Shown: positions 12,678 to 24,970 of the stretch, piece after piece | How the letters are laid out: every line of letters starts with the position of its first letter | Position numbering within the stretch: position 1 is the stretch's first letter | Source of the DNA: Rhynchopus sp. YZ270_cl-10 | Lineage: Eukaryota | Direction: 5' to 3' | Assembly: GCA_964035575.1 (NCBI GenBank) | Contig: OZ037840.1 | Coordinates: 496,001 to 560,000 of the forward strand | DNA: 64,000 nt | Program-made: the position numbers and the translations under genes | Notes under the pieces: model-generated | Told to the model about the DNA's origin: nothing | Database searches by the model: none | The model's input: only the letters and a program-made list of their open reading frames with translations

Positions 12678-13721
12678 TTTTGGGTGATCTATGAACGGGG
12701 AGAGATTTTTTCACTAGCTCTCAGTAAGCTCTCACAGGCTCTCACAGACTCTCACAAGCTCTCACAAGGTCTCACAAGGTCTCACAGGCTCTCACAGCTC
12801 TCACTAACTCTCACTAAGCTCTCACAAGCTCTCACAGGCTCTCACAAGCTCTCACTAGCTCTCACTAACTATGAGGGGTTTTTTGTTAGTGGTGTGGTGT
12901 GGCTGGCAACATGTATTCTGTGGTGGTCAAACATGAAATATTCCTTCTTCAATGGATTTATTGGGTGTATGTTATACTGAGACAATGTGGTCAGATCACT
13001 CTTCAGACCCCCTGGCGTTTGTATTGTGTATACTGTGTATACTGTGTATACTGTGTATACTGTGTATACTGTGTATACTGTGTATACTGTGTATACTGTG
13101 TATACTGTGTATACTGTGTATACTGTGTATACTGTGTATACTGTGTATACTGTGTATACTGTGTATACTGTGTATACTGTAGGTCATCAGCTCTCAGTAA
13201 GCTCTCACAGCACCCACTAGCTCCCACTAACTCTCACTAACCCCCAGTAAGCTCTCACAAGCTCTCAGTAAGCTCACACAGCTCCCACTAGCTCTCACTA
13301 GCTCTCACTAACTCTCACTAACTCTCATACTGTAAACTTGTTTAAGTAGCTTTGCTACGCCAGGGGGGTCTCTAGGATAAAATATGTCGCGAATAAGAAA
13401 GTCTTTTCCCCTCCCCCTTTTTCGCTATATATTTTTTTTGCGCGTACCATTTATCTAGTGTTTCCCCAGTCTCGCCCTCATGACCACATACCTCGCTGCC
13501 GTTTTTTCGGCGCTATTAACCAAAAAAGACCTTTCCCCCCATATTTTATCCTAATGAGACCCCCAGTAAGCTCTCACAGGCTCTCACAAGCTCTCACAAG
13601 GTCTCACAGGCTCTCACAAGGTCTCACAAGCTCTCACAGGCTCTCACAGACTCTCACAAGCTCTCACAAGGTCTCACAGCCTGTTACGTGTCCCACGGAG
13701 ACGATCATAGATCACCCAAAA
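12678..13721. mobile_element. TIR-bounded element filled with 10-bp CTCTCAC(A/T)AG minisatellites (12716-12869, 13190-13327, 13561-13680)
   Basis: TTTTGGGTGATCTATGA (12678) is inverted with TCATAGATCACCCAAAA (ends 13721). A further copy of the terminus lies at about 10599-10620. Confidence 0.6.
13025..13177. repeat. (TGTGTATAC)17 tandem repeat
   Basis: Perfect 9-bp array. Confidence 0.97.
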
Positions 13722-14085
13722 TATTTTACACCTGAAATTTACAAAAAAAAAAAAGGGTTACTCCCTTCATCTTCTATTGTCCTCTTGGGTCTTTGTGGAG
13801 AAAACGTATGCGACACTGTCAAGTGGTTTCTCTGAATTGAAGACGAATCTATTTTTAAAACTCTTCCTGCATCTTGAACGCACCTCCTGATCTCTGCTGC
13901 CGTATCTCACTTCCTGCCTGTCTCTCATGCATTTCCCTCCTGCCTCCTTAACACCCCCAAAACAAAACACCACACTGTTCAGGAGATGCGGGAGTAGGGG
14001 TGCCCTTTTATATACCACTCACGTACACATCCTTTGCATGAGCTCGACTCAGACGTGTTTTTAGCACGGTGTCAACTACTCTTTT

Positions 14086-16776
14086 ATGCAGATCCTCGCT
14101 TTGTGGACAGTTTCGTTACACCTCCACGTCCTCCCTGCCTGCCTAAATGGCGACGACGCGGCCTGTGTCGGAAGGATCACTGGACACGCCGGGCATATCT
14201 ATGCCATCGACTATTCCCCTTCTGGGACGCGCCTCATAATTGGAGACAGTACATACGCGAATTCGATATTTGATTATGACATACACGAATTAGACACGTC
14301 GACTGGGGATAAGGTACAGTCCTTTCCACGGCAGGCGGGTAGCGTGGTGGCTGTACGGTACTCACCGGATGGGGCAACAGTGGCAACTGGTGCTAGTAGT
14401 GACGGTTCTGAGTCGCACCTCAAGATATGGCGTGTCAGTGACGGTACCGTGCAGCAGTCCGTCAATGTTGGGTACTATGTGTACAGTGTCGCGTTCTCGA
14501 GTGGGGGTACGCAGATTGTGACCGGGGATGGGGGGAAGGCTGTGCGTGTGTGGACTTCCTCTGGTGCGGTGGCCTACGTGCTCTCTGGGCATGACAGCGG
14601 GGTGAGGGGTGCAGAGTTCTCTCCAGACGACACCCGCATAGTGTCCTGTGGTGGTACAGACGTCATCGTGTGGAATGTGGCAAGCAAGTCCGCGGAGTTC
14701 ACCTTGACAGGGCACACGGAAGAGGTTAGGTGTGTGGCCTTCTCTCCAGATGGGAAAAAGGTTGCAAGCGGCGGTATGGACGACACAGTGATCATCTGGG
14801 ACCTCGCCACGCAGAAGGCAGAGGCCACCTTCCGTGGGCATACAGGGTGGGTGCTTTCCATTGCGTACTCGGCCGACGGTGCGTACATAGTGTCTGTAGG
14901 TGAGGGGGATAACAACGTGAAGATGTGGGTGCCAGACAGCTCGCTATCCCTCATCCTCGACATGAAGGGACACACAAATATCGTCTACAGTGTGCGGTTC
15001 TCGAAGGATATGAGCTTCATTGCTAGTGGATCGACGGACGGGTCGGTGCGTGTGTGGAAGAATCCGAACACCATGGCGCCGGTTGCGATGACAGTCGCAC
15101 CTGATACAGACCCACCTGCAACTGATCCACCTGCAACAGACGCGCCAAAAACCGAAGCTCCAGAAACTGCGTTGCCATCTACACTTACACCAGGAAACAC
15201 CCACCCCCCACCCACGCCAGCACCTGACACAGCCATCCCTGATACGCTTCCCCCACAGACACCTGCACCGGACACTGCTGTGCCTTCTACACTCACACCG
15301 GGGCACACGCGCCCTCCGGCCACACCTGCCCCAAAGACGGCTGCTCCTACAACTGCGCCCACCACGACCCCGCTGCAGACAGCTCCACCGGACACACCGG
15401 CACCGACACTGACAACACTCACACCGCAGCCGCTGCTGAGCCAGCCCGATGATGGGAGCACAGTGTTGGAGGAGTACACAGAGTGGACCACAACCGCAAC
15501 GGCTTCAGGGGTGACTGGTGGTGCCTTGGCGACGACGGTGGTGACGGGTGGGTCGTTCACCATGACGTCGCACGGCCTGTCGCGTGTGGCGCGTGCACAG
15601 ATGTACCTCCGCATGCTGGAGTGCCCACGCAACACGGCAACACCGATGCCGTTTGTCCTGAGCCCCTCGCAGCTCAGAATCGGCAGAGACACACTCCGCG
15701 AGGAACGTGGTGCTGCCGTCGGGAACACCGTGATCATCACCATGCTCATCCTGACGACGTGCCTCGGATCCTTGGTGCACAGCAGTGTGTACGGCACGCC
15801 AGGTGTGCTGGCCTCGCTCCGTGCCATGCCTGTCCCGGTGGTGTGCCTTGTGTTGGAGCTGCTGTGGACGCCTATCATGCAAGGCGCCACTGCGCTGGTG
15901 CTTCACGGAAGCCACGCCGATCTGGGTGTGGGCATCGGCATTCTGCTGCTGTCTGCAGGGGTGATTGCATGGCTGCTGTGGCTGGCAAATCGTGCTCGGA
16001 AGACATACATCACTGCTGCTGTGCCGCCGACGCGCTGGCTGGATCGGTACGTCGCCGCACGGTGGGAGTGGCGTGAACAGACACCGACACATGCGCTGCG
16101 TGCGTCTGCCTGTGTCTTCGACGGGTACCGCTTTGAGCACAGCGAGTACTTCGCCATACAGCTCATCTTCACGGGCTCCATCGGCGTTCTCTTTGGGTGG
16201 AACCCACAGACGCTTGTGAACTGTGCAGGCCGGGCGGGGCTTATTACCTGCATGCCGCTGATCTGGACTGCCATCGTGCTGAAAGACAAGCCGTTCTCAC
16301 GGTGGGTGGAGAACTGGGTGGAGGTGCTGCTTGGGCTGCTTGAGTTTGCGTTTGCTGTGGTTGCGTTTCTGGGGGTGTCGCAGGAGAACGAGGCGCTGGT
16401 GGATGCGGGGGAGAACCTTGGCGAGTGGGTGGGGAATGCGGCTGTGCTGAAGTTCCTTCTGGACATCTGGCTGTACTGCCGGGAGCGGTGGTATGCAGAG
16501 GTCGACCGGAAGACGAAGGTTAACAGGGTGCCACCAGACCCACATGCTGTGTCCTTCGCACACCCGGAACCACCACCCATGCAAGAGGACCTCATGGCAC
16601 TCCTCTGCGAGGCTCGTGCCGAAATCAACAAGCACAATGGTATCGTCGACAAGTACAAACGTATCGTGTCTGCCCAAGCTGCCGAGCTGGTAGAGAGCAG
16701 ACGCACTGCTGCAGACACACAACTTGCCCTAGAGGATGCAAGACAGTTCAACCCCCATGACTTCATCTATCTGTGA
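14086..16776 (+). CDS. Receptor-like membrane protein, 896 aa: signal peptide, WD40 beta-propeller, Pro/Thr-rich stalk, multi-pass TM domain, C-terminal coiled coil
   Basis: Hydrophobic N-terminus; about 7 GH...WD/WK repeats (e.g. GHTEEVRCVAFSPDGKKVASGGMDDTVIIWD); TDPPA/PDTA repeats; several TM helices after a SPSQLRIG..GAAVGN motif. Confidence 0.92.
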   Translation: MQILALWTVSLHLHVLPACLNGDDAACVGRITGHAGHIYAIDYSPSGTRLIIGDSTYANSIFDYDIHELDTSTGDKVQSFPRQAGSVVAVRYSPDGATVATGASSDGSESHLKIWRVSDGTVQQSVNVGYYVYSVAFSSGGTQIVTGDGGKAVRVWTSSGAVAYVLSGHDSGVRGAEFSPDDTRIVSCGGTDVIVWNVASKSAEFTLTGHTEEVRCVAFSPDGKKVASGGMDDTVIIWDLATQKAEATFRGHTGWVLSIAYSADGAYIVSVGEGDNNVKMWVPDSSLSLILDMKGHTNIVYSVRFSKDMSFIASGSTDGSVRVWKNPNTMAPVAMTVAPDTDPPATDPPATDAPKTEAPETALPSTLTPGNTHPPPTPAPDTAIPDTLPPQTPAPDTAVPSTLTPGHTRPPATPAPKTAAPTTAPTTTPLQTAPPDTPAPTLTTLTPQPLLSQPDDGSTVLEEYTEWTTTATASGVTGGALATTVVTGGSFTMTSHGLSRVARAQMYLRMLECPRNTATPMPFVLSPSQLRIGRDTLREERGAAVGNTVIITMLILTTCLGSLVHSSVYGTPGVLASLRAMPVPVVCLVLELLWTPIMQGATALVLHGSHADLGVGIGILLLSAGVIAWLLWLANRARKTYITAAVPPTRWLDRYVAARWEWREQTPTHALRASACVFDGYRFEHSEYFAIQLIFTGSIGVLFGWNPQTLVNCAGRAGLITCMPLIWTAIVLKDKPFSRWVENWVEVLLGLLEFAFAVVAFLGVSQENEALVDAGENLGEWVGNAAVLKFLLDIWLYCRERWYAEVDRKTKVNRVPPDPHAVSFAHPEPPPMQEDLMALLCEARAEINKHNGIVDKYKRIVSAQAAELVESRRTAADTQLALEDARQFNPHDFIYL

Positions 16777-17007
16777 TAATTATATGAGTGTGCACGTGAG
16801 CTTCATTTTCTTTTGGGAAAAGTTCATATTGGAACCGAAACTTTGGGGAACCGGTCATTTCGGAACCCCGAAGGTTCCCCTAAGGGCAGTCCTGGTTGAT
16901 CCAGAACCAGCTTCTGCCCGTTGTTTCTACATTTCTTGTGTCTCGTTTGTTAGTTTTTATTTGTTTAGCGAGCTTACCGTTTCTATTCCTTCGTTCACCA
17001 ACCCTTC

Positions 17008-17184
17008 TGTTTCAGTGTGTTCCATGCGTAGGGCCCTTAGCTGGCCTAGTGGACTTGAACCAACCTTTTGTTTCAGTGCGTTCTGTGTGCGGGGCCCTTA
17101 GCTGGCCTAGTGCACTTGAACCTCGCTTTTGTTTCAGTGTGTTCCATGTGTAGGGTCCTTAGCTGGCCTAGTGGACCTGAACCA
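17008..17184. repeat. 61-bp tandem repeat, 3 copies
   Basis: TGTTTCAGTG...GGGCCCTTAGCTGGCCTAGTGGACTTGAACC units starting at 17008, 17069 and 17130. Confidence 0.9.
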
Positions 17185-17622
17185 CCCCGTGAGCGCGGAC
17201 CGCCTTGTACCTTTGAAGGTTTTTGGTCTGGTGGTGTTCAGGGTGTAATACAGCTTTCTGTTCAGTGCGTACCAGTAGTGTGGCATGTCTTGTCTTGGGT
17301 TACCTCTATTTTAGCATCCTAAATCCTGCACTCCCTAGTCGCATACGCGAGTTTTCCTGGATGCGCAGGAAAATGACTGGGGAGTGTGGGTGGCTCCGTG
17401 ACGCCACAGAGCCGGCACACTCGTTGAGTGCCTCACAAAACCTCAAATTACTTCTTCTTTGCTTTTATTTCTTGTCTCCACGCTTTGTCTTTGTTGTTGG
17501 GTTGGGAAATAAATCTATACAATTATTGGGGAGGGTACGCTAAATCTCGTAATTTTTGAAAAACCTGAAAAAAAACTGAAAATTCTCAAAATTCTCAGAA
17601 TTTTTAGGGCTTTTTTAGGCAA

Positions 17623-17793
17623 AAAAATAGTGAGGGGAGTTAGGTCCGGTCATAGGGGGTATAGCATTTTTTTTTGGAAAATTCTTCAAAAAAAAACGAC
17701 GATTTTTGCTGGCACAACGCAAATTTCAGAACAAGTCAAAAAATATGCTATACCCCCTATGACTGGACCCAACCCCCCCTCACCCTTTTTTTT
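17623..17793. mobile_element. MITE with about 45-bp TIRs; a second right-end copy at about 21293-21339
   Basis: GTGAGGGGAGTTAGGTCCGGTCATAGGGGGTATAGC is inverted with GCTATACCCCCTATGACTGGACCCAACCCCCCTCAC. Confidence 0.65.
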
Positions 17794-19048
17794 CACCCAA
17801 AGGGCCGGTCAAATTTTACACACTAGTACACAACGTTACGTACCACCCCCACATTTCTTTGATTTCTCAATTCCTTTCCCTCCCCTTTCCAGCTTGCTGT
17901 CTGTATACTACTTTGGGATACTCATGTTGTGCTTATTGTTTATTTTGTTATTTTCCTTTTCTTTGTAATTTTATTCTCCTGGTACGGGTCATCTGCGCAA
18001 GCGTCGCTCAACCAATGATACGTGGACGCTGTTTTTTATTACGCCAGATACAAGTTAGAATATCCCGTTTACGTTTTCTTTTCAGCTAATTTTCCTTTTC
18101 TAGTGTTTGTCGACCAGTGGTTGTATCTCGGTAACTGATCATTATTTGAATTCACCACGACTCTTTGGTCCCTATACATGTCGGTTCTCGGACCTCGTAC
18201 TTTTTAGGGCTCATGCTTTATGTACTACTTGTATGTAGTTATGTATTTTCCAAGTGGATCCGACTACCCGATGTTTTACATCATTTTCTTTTACTTTTAA
18301 TCCTACCTTTTAGCGAAAAACACTCCCACCCTCCCCAATACAGAAATCTGTTTTTGTCCCCAGACTGCCCCCCTGTTTTGGATACGGAGTGCCTTTTGTT
18401 TTAAATAAAAGGTAATTTAGGAGGGTGTGGAGATTTCGGCTTTTTCGGCTATTTCGGTTTTTTCGGTTTACCTTTGCCATTTTTTTTTTTTTCCAAAAAA
18501 AAATTTTTTTTTTGACAAGGCAATTTTCAGGTCAAAAAAATTTTTTTTTTCGAAAATTTTTTTGACCTCTGAGGTGTGTCTGGGGGCACCGAAAAATGCA
18601 AAAAAACGCAAAAATCGGGTGTTTTGAGCATCTGTGGTTACACCATATACACGTCTCTGAACAAGCCTATACTATAGCCGAAAATGGCTCGGGAAGGCGA
18701 TGATGTTTGACACAAGAAAAAAATTTTTTTTTTCAAAATTTTCGAATTTTCGACAGGTCCAGGGGGTCAAACCATCGGAATTTGTGAAAAATTTTCACTT
18801 TTATTTTTTGACCCAAAAAATTTTTTCTCGACATCTAAAACCGAAATAACCGAAATAAGGGGGTCCTAACTTCACACTCCTATTTTCTCACACTCCTTTT
18901 CACGTTTTCCTTTACCATTTCACCTTAGCAAAAATCCGAAAAATCCGAAAAAAAAAATTTTTTTTTTCGGGAAAATTTCGACCTCTGAGGTGGGTCTGGG
19001 GGCACCGAAAAATGCAAAAAAACGCAAAAATCGGGTGTTTTGAGCATC

Positions 19049-19251
19049 TGTGGTTACACCATATACACGTCTCTGAACAAGCCTATACTATAGCCGAAAA
19101 TGGCTCGGGAAGGCGATGATGTTTGACAGGCGCTTCGCGCCTAAGGGCTGCGCCCTTTGGCGCGAAGCGCCTGTCACACATCATCGCCTTCCCGAGCCAT
19201 TTTCGGCTATAGTATAGGCTTGTTAAGAGACATGTATATAGTGTAACCACA
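19049..19251. repeat. About 200-bp near-perfect palindrome (fold-back). Its left arm is part of a direct repeat 18563-18710 / 18979-19128
   Basis: TGTGGTTACACCATATAC...GACAGGCGCTTCGCGC - short loop - GCGCGAAGCGCCTGTC...GTATATAGTGTAACCACA. Confidence 0.9.
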
Positions 19252-21687
19252 AGAGTGCAGTTTATTGTACTAAAATTGTCTTGACACTACTTCTTGCCCG
19301 GTGAACTCCAGTTTTGTCGCTATGCGCTACGGAGTCGGTTCCGGTCACGTTGCATTCGTCGTACGGATTTGACTTGACGTTGAGACCCACATGGAAGGAT
19401 CCGCACACCTATACCCAAGAGACTAGGCAGTGATGAAGTCCTTGACGGTGGCTGCATTCAGAGTCAGGGTTTCAAAATGTCCGGTGACTCTTGCGAACAC
19501 GAGAACCAGAACCCCGCGGGGCTCCAGAGCGGGTGACATAGAGCGTGGGAACGGTATCAGGGGAAATGAACATTTTCGTGATATCCATAGGCATATTACC
19601 ACGGTTTCGCCAGCCCTCGTGGCATGCCCTCCTCCAGTTTGCGTTAATACAAGATCGGCGGTCTCCAGTCCGTATGGACTTGGGCACTGCCAGGTTCCGC
19701 ACGTGAGCGTCGGACCGGTCACTGCTCTGGGTGCCCATGTGTTTTGGCCAATTCTTGACGAGGATGGGGGTGCGGGACGCAAAGTCGTTACGGTCGGAGC
19801 GAACCTTCTCCTACGCACATCAGTCGTTGGCCTCGTGCCCAGGGGTGTCTACAAGATACAAGGTTCAACCTCTTCTTGTGATCCACCGATCACGCAGCGA
19901 ACAGTGTGCATCAAACCCTCAGGATCCTGTAGCACCGAGGGTGTGTGATCCCCAATAGCTATTTCCCTCCCTCCCGCCAGAGCCCGAGGGATCCCTTGAG
20001 GGAGGTCAGGGCACCCCGAGGGCCGAAGGCTCGAGGGGGCCCTGACCTCCCGAAAGGGAATCCCGAGAGCCAAGGGGGGGAGGGATGTCGCTTTGTGACC
20101 CGACCAGGCCGGTTTCTGGCCAACCCACGTGCTTTTGTGGTGTTTTGTGTATAAACACGTTGTTTCTAAGGCAAATCCACGGGCACACGGGTACCATCAC
20201 ATGTGGCCCACGCACGCGTTTTTGGACGCGAATACGCTTTTCGAGCCGCAGAAACCAAGATGTGGGCCGTTTTAAAAAGCTTTTGGCTGGTTTCCTGCAC
20301 CAAAACCGCATTCCCTCTCGCGGGAATTTTCGGGCTCTCGCGGGATTCCCGCCAGCTCTCGCGGGAATCCCGCGAGGCCGCGGGAGGGTTACAAATGTGA
20401 GTCTGCGTCAGGACATACGCCGTCTGCCATCAAGCGGAGGGTGCTCCAATACTCCTCAGGTGTCTCACCCACGGTCGTACGCCCTTCCAGCAAGGATTCT
20501 CCCGAAAGACTTCTTCAATGGCATCGTGAACAGTCGCGAGGCTCACACAGACTTTTTCGACCACTTACGTCTCACGGACCGGTAGGCCCCACGGTTTCCA
20601 GCTCAGCCAGCACCACCTCTACGAAGACGAGTACATGGCCACCCGCTACACGAAGGAGCAATCACAGCGATCACGAACCACGCGATTAAGGTGGTTTCAT
20701 AGGTGGTCAGCGGGGAAGCATACGAGGCTTCACAAAGCAACACCGCTTCCGGAGCATGATAACCGGCTCCCCTTCCTCAACATGCACCAGAGCCCTATTT
20801 TTCACCATCGGGTTTCCCCCAAAACCCCATGATGCCACAAGGTTCCCCGAAACCCGAAAGTTGCGCAAGCCCTGGAGTCCTCCGATGACGCAAGGCAAGT
20901 CACTCTCCCAAAGCGATGGCATTGGATGCAGTATCCGAAGTCAGACCTCCGGGGAATGAAGGAAAATATTGAATCCTTAATGGACGACTTCAATGTGATC
21001 GCTGCCTTCTCCCTCTACGCCCCACCCTTCAACAACACGGAGACTCGCAAGCTGCAAGTAATTTGAGGTTTTTTGTGCGAGCCGAAAACGTTCATGTTCG
21101 GAGATAGGGACAGTGTGCGCACTACTTTACGCAGAAAGAACGGGCCCATTTTGGGGCGAGTCAGAGGCCGTTTTTCGAAGAGCTACCATGGGATATTTCG
21201 GTTTCCCCAATTTTTTAACTTTCAAAAAAAAGCGAAAATCTGCCTTTGTGCCTGGAAAATGTTGTGCATTTTTGGTGGAATTTTTTAAAAATTGCTATAC
21301 TCCCCTATGACTGGACCCAACTCCCCTCACTCTTTTTTTGGTCAAAAACACCCCAAAAATCCGCACTTTTTTTTCCGATTTTTCCCTTTTTAAACACCCT
21401 CCTTATTGCTTTTATCTATTCAAAAAAAATTTTTATTTATCAAAAACCCCTTTCCAGCAAAACATCCACCCCCCAAACAAAAACCACCCCCCCACAAACA
21501 CAAAAAGCACACACTCCACACACCGCAGTGACGCAACCCACTCTTGGGGGCCCATACGTTCTTTTTTTACCCCCCCCCCGCTTCTTCTTCTTCTTCTCTT
21601 TCTAAATAAAAAGAGAAATTTATTTCTTTTACTTATTCTGAAAACCCCCTTCTTCTCCTTCTCCTCCTCCTCCTCCCCTTCCACATT

Positions 21688-23076
21688 ATGGAGGTAATAA
21701 TAGAGGTGGCAGAGAATGGAGACAGCTTTACCCTTGCCGTGAATGAAGACGAGACAGTCAGCTCGCTGAAGGAACGGATTACAGGGCGTATAGCACCGTC
21801 TCCTGAGCCCAGCAATGGGAACACAACATCACCACGGCTGCAACCTCAAGTGGTCCGGGTCGTGATTCAAAACCAATCCTGCGAGGATGGCAGCCAAAAG
21901 CTGTCTAGCATTGGAATCACCGGTGGGGACCACGTTACGGTGTCGATCGCGGATGGGATGGCGGTGGGGAATTTTCCGTTTGGCAGCGGGTCTCGCCCTC
22001 TTACTGAAGTTCTTCTTGCCCCAAATAGCGCAAAACTCTATGCCTTAGGCGGGGACAACGTAGCTGAGGTCTGGGACACCCAAACCGGCCGCAGCGACAA
22101 AATCCTTCGTTGGATCCCTAACCCAAAATGCTTTCTTTTATCCCCAACTGGCCAGACCTTATACATGATGAGCCACGTAAAGGACACAGTCGAGGTGCGG
22201 GATACCACCTCTTGGAAAATGTGGCTAATCTTTTTGCCAGAAATTTTACGTCTGGAGGAGGACCTAAACATGGTACTATCTACTGCAGGGCATACCTTGT
22301 ATGTCATTGGTGCGTTGCAAATTTGCGTAATAGATGTCACCGCGATAGGACGAGAACAGCCATCAATCCAACTCATCCCCCAACCACGTTGTGGCGATCT
22401 TACCGCTCTTCTCGCTACCGAAGAGCATGTATACTCACTATACGATACCCAGCTTCTGACACGCAACACAGTACAAGGATTTGAGGAAATCTCATCGGCA
22501 AATATAGGGGTGGTCAACCAAATGCTAATCTCACCTTGCAATGCATTTCTTTATACCTTAGGCCCATACATGCAGGTTACTGTATGGGATACAGAGACCC
22601 TTCTGTTGACAGGGATATTTGATTGTGAGAGACTGCCGTACATGAAGCATGCTTATGCGATGAGTTTAAAGAGTTTTGCATTGTCGCAGTGCGGTGCGCG
22701 GGTGTATTGCGCAGGATGGGGAGTCTCGGTGTGGGATGCACACAGTTATGATTGCTTGGGGATGCTACGATTGAATGTTTTCGTCCGATCAATCGCAGTA
22801 GGTGCGGGGAGTAGCACTGTCTCGAACGGAGGGGAGGGAAAACGGAACGGAGAGGACCTAGCACCAGATAGCGTGGTTTTCGTTGCATCAACAACACCCG
22901 ATGAAGGCCGACCTGGAGAGGTTATGCTCGGTTGCGGATCCCTCACAAGCGTGCCCCTTAGCGATTTTAAAGAAGATACCGGCACCATCAGCCACAACAG
23001 CTTTGTATTTACCGGAAGCAGCCTGGCAGGCCGTACAGATAAATTTCATACTCGAAGAGTGAGGCATAAATCATAA
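21688..23076 (+). CDS. Ubiquitin-like domain + WD40/YVTN-type beta-propeller protein, 462 aa
   Basis: N-terminus MEVIIEVAENGDSFTLAVNEDETVSSLKERI...KLSSIGITGGDHVTV has a UBL pattern. Repeated LSPxGxxLY...VxVWD blades follow. A polypyrimidine tract precedes the ATG. Confidence 0.85.
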   Translation: MEVIIEVAENGDSFTLAVNEDETVSSLKERITGRIAPSPEPSNGNTTSPRLQPQVVRVVIQNQSCEDGSQKLSSIGITGGDHVTVSIADGMAVGNFPFGSGSRPLTEVLLAPNSAKLYALGGDNVAEVWDTQTGRSDKILRWIPNPKCFLLSPTGQTLYMMSHVKDTVEVRDTTSWKMWLIFLPEILRLEEDLNMVLSTAGHTLYVIGALQICVIDVTAIGREQPSIQLIPQPRCGDLTALLATEEHVYSLYDTQLLTRNTVQGFEEISSANIGVVNQMLISPCNAFLYTLGPYMQVTVWDTETLLLTGIFDCERLPYMKHAYAMSLKSFALSQCGARVYCAGWGVSVWDAHSYDCLGMLRLNVFVRSIAVGAGSSTVSNGGEGKRNGEDLAPDSVVFVASTTPDEGRPGEVMLGCGSLTSVPLSDFKEDTGTISHNSFVFTGSSLAGRTDKFHTRRVRHKS

Positions 23077-24970
23077 AAGGAAGAAGTGCAGAGGGGAGTT
23101 GGCAATACCAAATAAGACGATCATCCGTTTTTGTCTTATAGGACCACCAGAAACAAAACAAAAAAAAAAACGATCCCAAAGGTTGTGTTCCAGCAAACCC
23201 CTCCGGGGTTTTCTGAATTTTTTTTTGTTAAAAAAAGGGCAGGGTTGCTTTGCTCGGGGGGTAGGGGTGTTCATTGCAAAGTGACAAAAAAAAAAAAAAT
23301 ACAGTGGAGATTGCGCAACTGTGGCAACACAACCGAGGCAACTACACTACTCCAACAATTTATCAAAAAAAGAAGGGAAAAAAAAAATCCGAAAAAAAAA
23401 AAAAATCCCGAAAAAGAAAATCCCCCTTAGGTGGGGGATCTTGAGAGCACCGGTGATACGCTGTAGGGTCTTTGGGTGGAGTGGGGGGTGGGTGTGGGGT
23501 CGGGGGGGGGGTGGTTTCACTTCTTTTGTCTGCACAGCCCTGATAGTAGTCTAAAAAAAATCATTCACCTTTTTAAGGGACACTGTCGCGAGAGGGCTTG
23601 TGTATTTCAAAAAAAAATCCATTTTTTTTCTCTCTTCCTAATTCCTCTTCGTGCCAATTGCTTCCCAATTGTTTTTTTTTTTTTTTTTGTGTACAGTGAT
23701 CCAAGAAACATAGGAGGGGGTAAAAAAACTAAGGTGAGTTTTCAGACTCCACCCCGACACTACCTGACACCTAATTTTTGACTCGGTCGCCACTTCCGCC
23801 AAACACCGCCCAGCACAGGTCAAAATCAGGTGGCTGAAGCAGGATTTTTTTTTTCCTTTTCAAAACCCTCTCATGTTTCTTGTATCACAATTTATTGAGT
23901 GCGGGTGTGTTGTCTCCAACATGAATAGTAAGCTTTCTTGTGTGGATACGATGTGACAGGCTATAATTCATTGGGTAGAAAAAAACATGCCATGAATCCT
24001 ACCCAACTGTTTATATACTTTTTTTTTTCTCTCTATAGTTGGTTTTTGCTTTGGTCACCCTTTCCCCCCCCTGCCCCCATCCTGTCTTCCTTCGTAAGGG
24101 GTGGTGGAGTTGACCACTTGTAGTGTGCAACAAGCATACTGAAAAGCAGGGCCATCTTGGAAAGTGAAATGTGAAGAGGGCATGTATGTCGAAAAAGGCT
24201 TTTTTCGTTGATTGCTCAATCACCCCCTGGGGGTGATTGGCAACCGTATCGGAAGCACTATGTATCCTTTAAACCTACGCTTTGTAGGTATAAAACCAAA
24301 TTGTATTTAGTTGTGTGTGTACCATTAGGGCTGGGGTCTGGGGGCTGGGGGGGTTTTTAACGGTTGTGTTCAAATGACTTAAGTAAGAGAGGCTTAGGTT
24401 CATGTGCCCGGGTTCGTCGCATACAAACGTTTTCCTTTCAAAGTGACTAAGTACAAGAGAGGCTTAGGATCATCTTATAAACTTTTCTTTCTTTTTATAT
24501 TTATCTCATTCACGCTGCCACTCAGAACGCTTTTTCGAGGGTAGTAAAGACATCTGGTGTGTGAAATCAGTTTGAAAAAAAAGTGTATTTGTGTGTAAGT
24601 CGAATTATGTGCATTTCCTGCACAAAATTGCTCATAACCCAAAAAAAAAAAATGTGTGTATTGTGTCCATGTTGACAGCTGTTTTCTGAAGAAAAAAAGT
24701 AGTTGAAAGTTCAGACAAAAAAAAAGAGGTCAGCCTTGAGTTCCTTACACACCCCATCTAATAGCTGTATTGTTGGTTTTTTTATGTACTCTTCGTAATG
24801 CATGAGAAGAGCGCTGCGTTCTTTTGTTTTAATGGCACCCATTGCCCCTCTGAGGAACCAGCCACAACCTGCTTTCAAACTGATGCACATCTCCGTTAGT
24901 CATGACACTCAAATCCATTTAACACCCACCCACCCCCACACACACAGGACATATTACACAAAAAAACACG

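Noticed and set aside
12899..13240. VYC/CIL/YTV repeat ORFs
   Set aside because: Translation of the 9-bp tandem repeat.
17008..17184. Possible CRISPR-like array
   Set aside because: Whole 61-bp units are repeated with no unique spacers, there are no cas genes, and the context is eukaryotic.
18338..18352. Reverse-strand CAG.TTTCTGTA resembling the spliced-leader 3' end (also about 51774)
   Set aside because: Only about 10 nt match, with no AAC(T/C)AACG 5' end or donor site. It is part of a dispersed repeat (18308-18404 / 51745-51848).
19260..21065. GC-rich stretch with several short ORFs, possibly a decayed element or pseudogene
   Set aside because: No identifiable domain by eye; needs a translated search.
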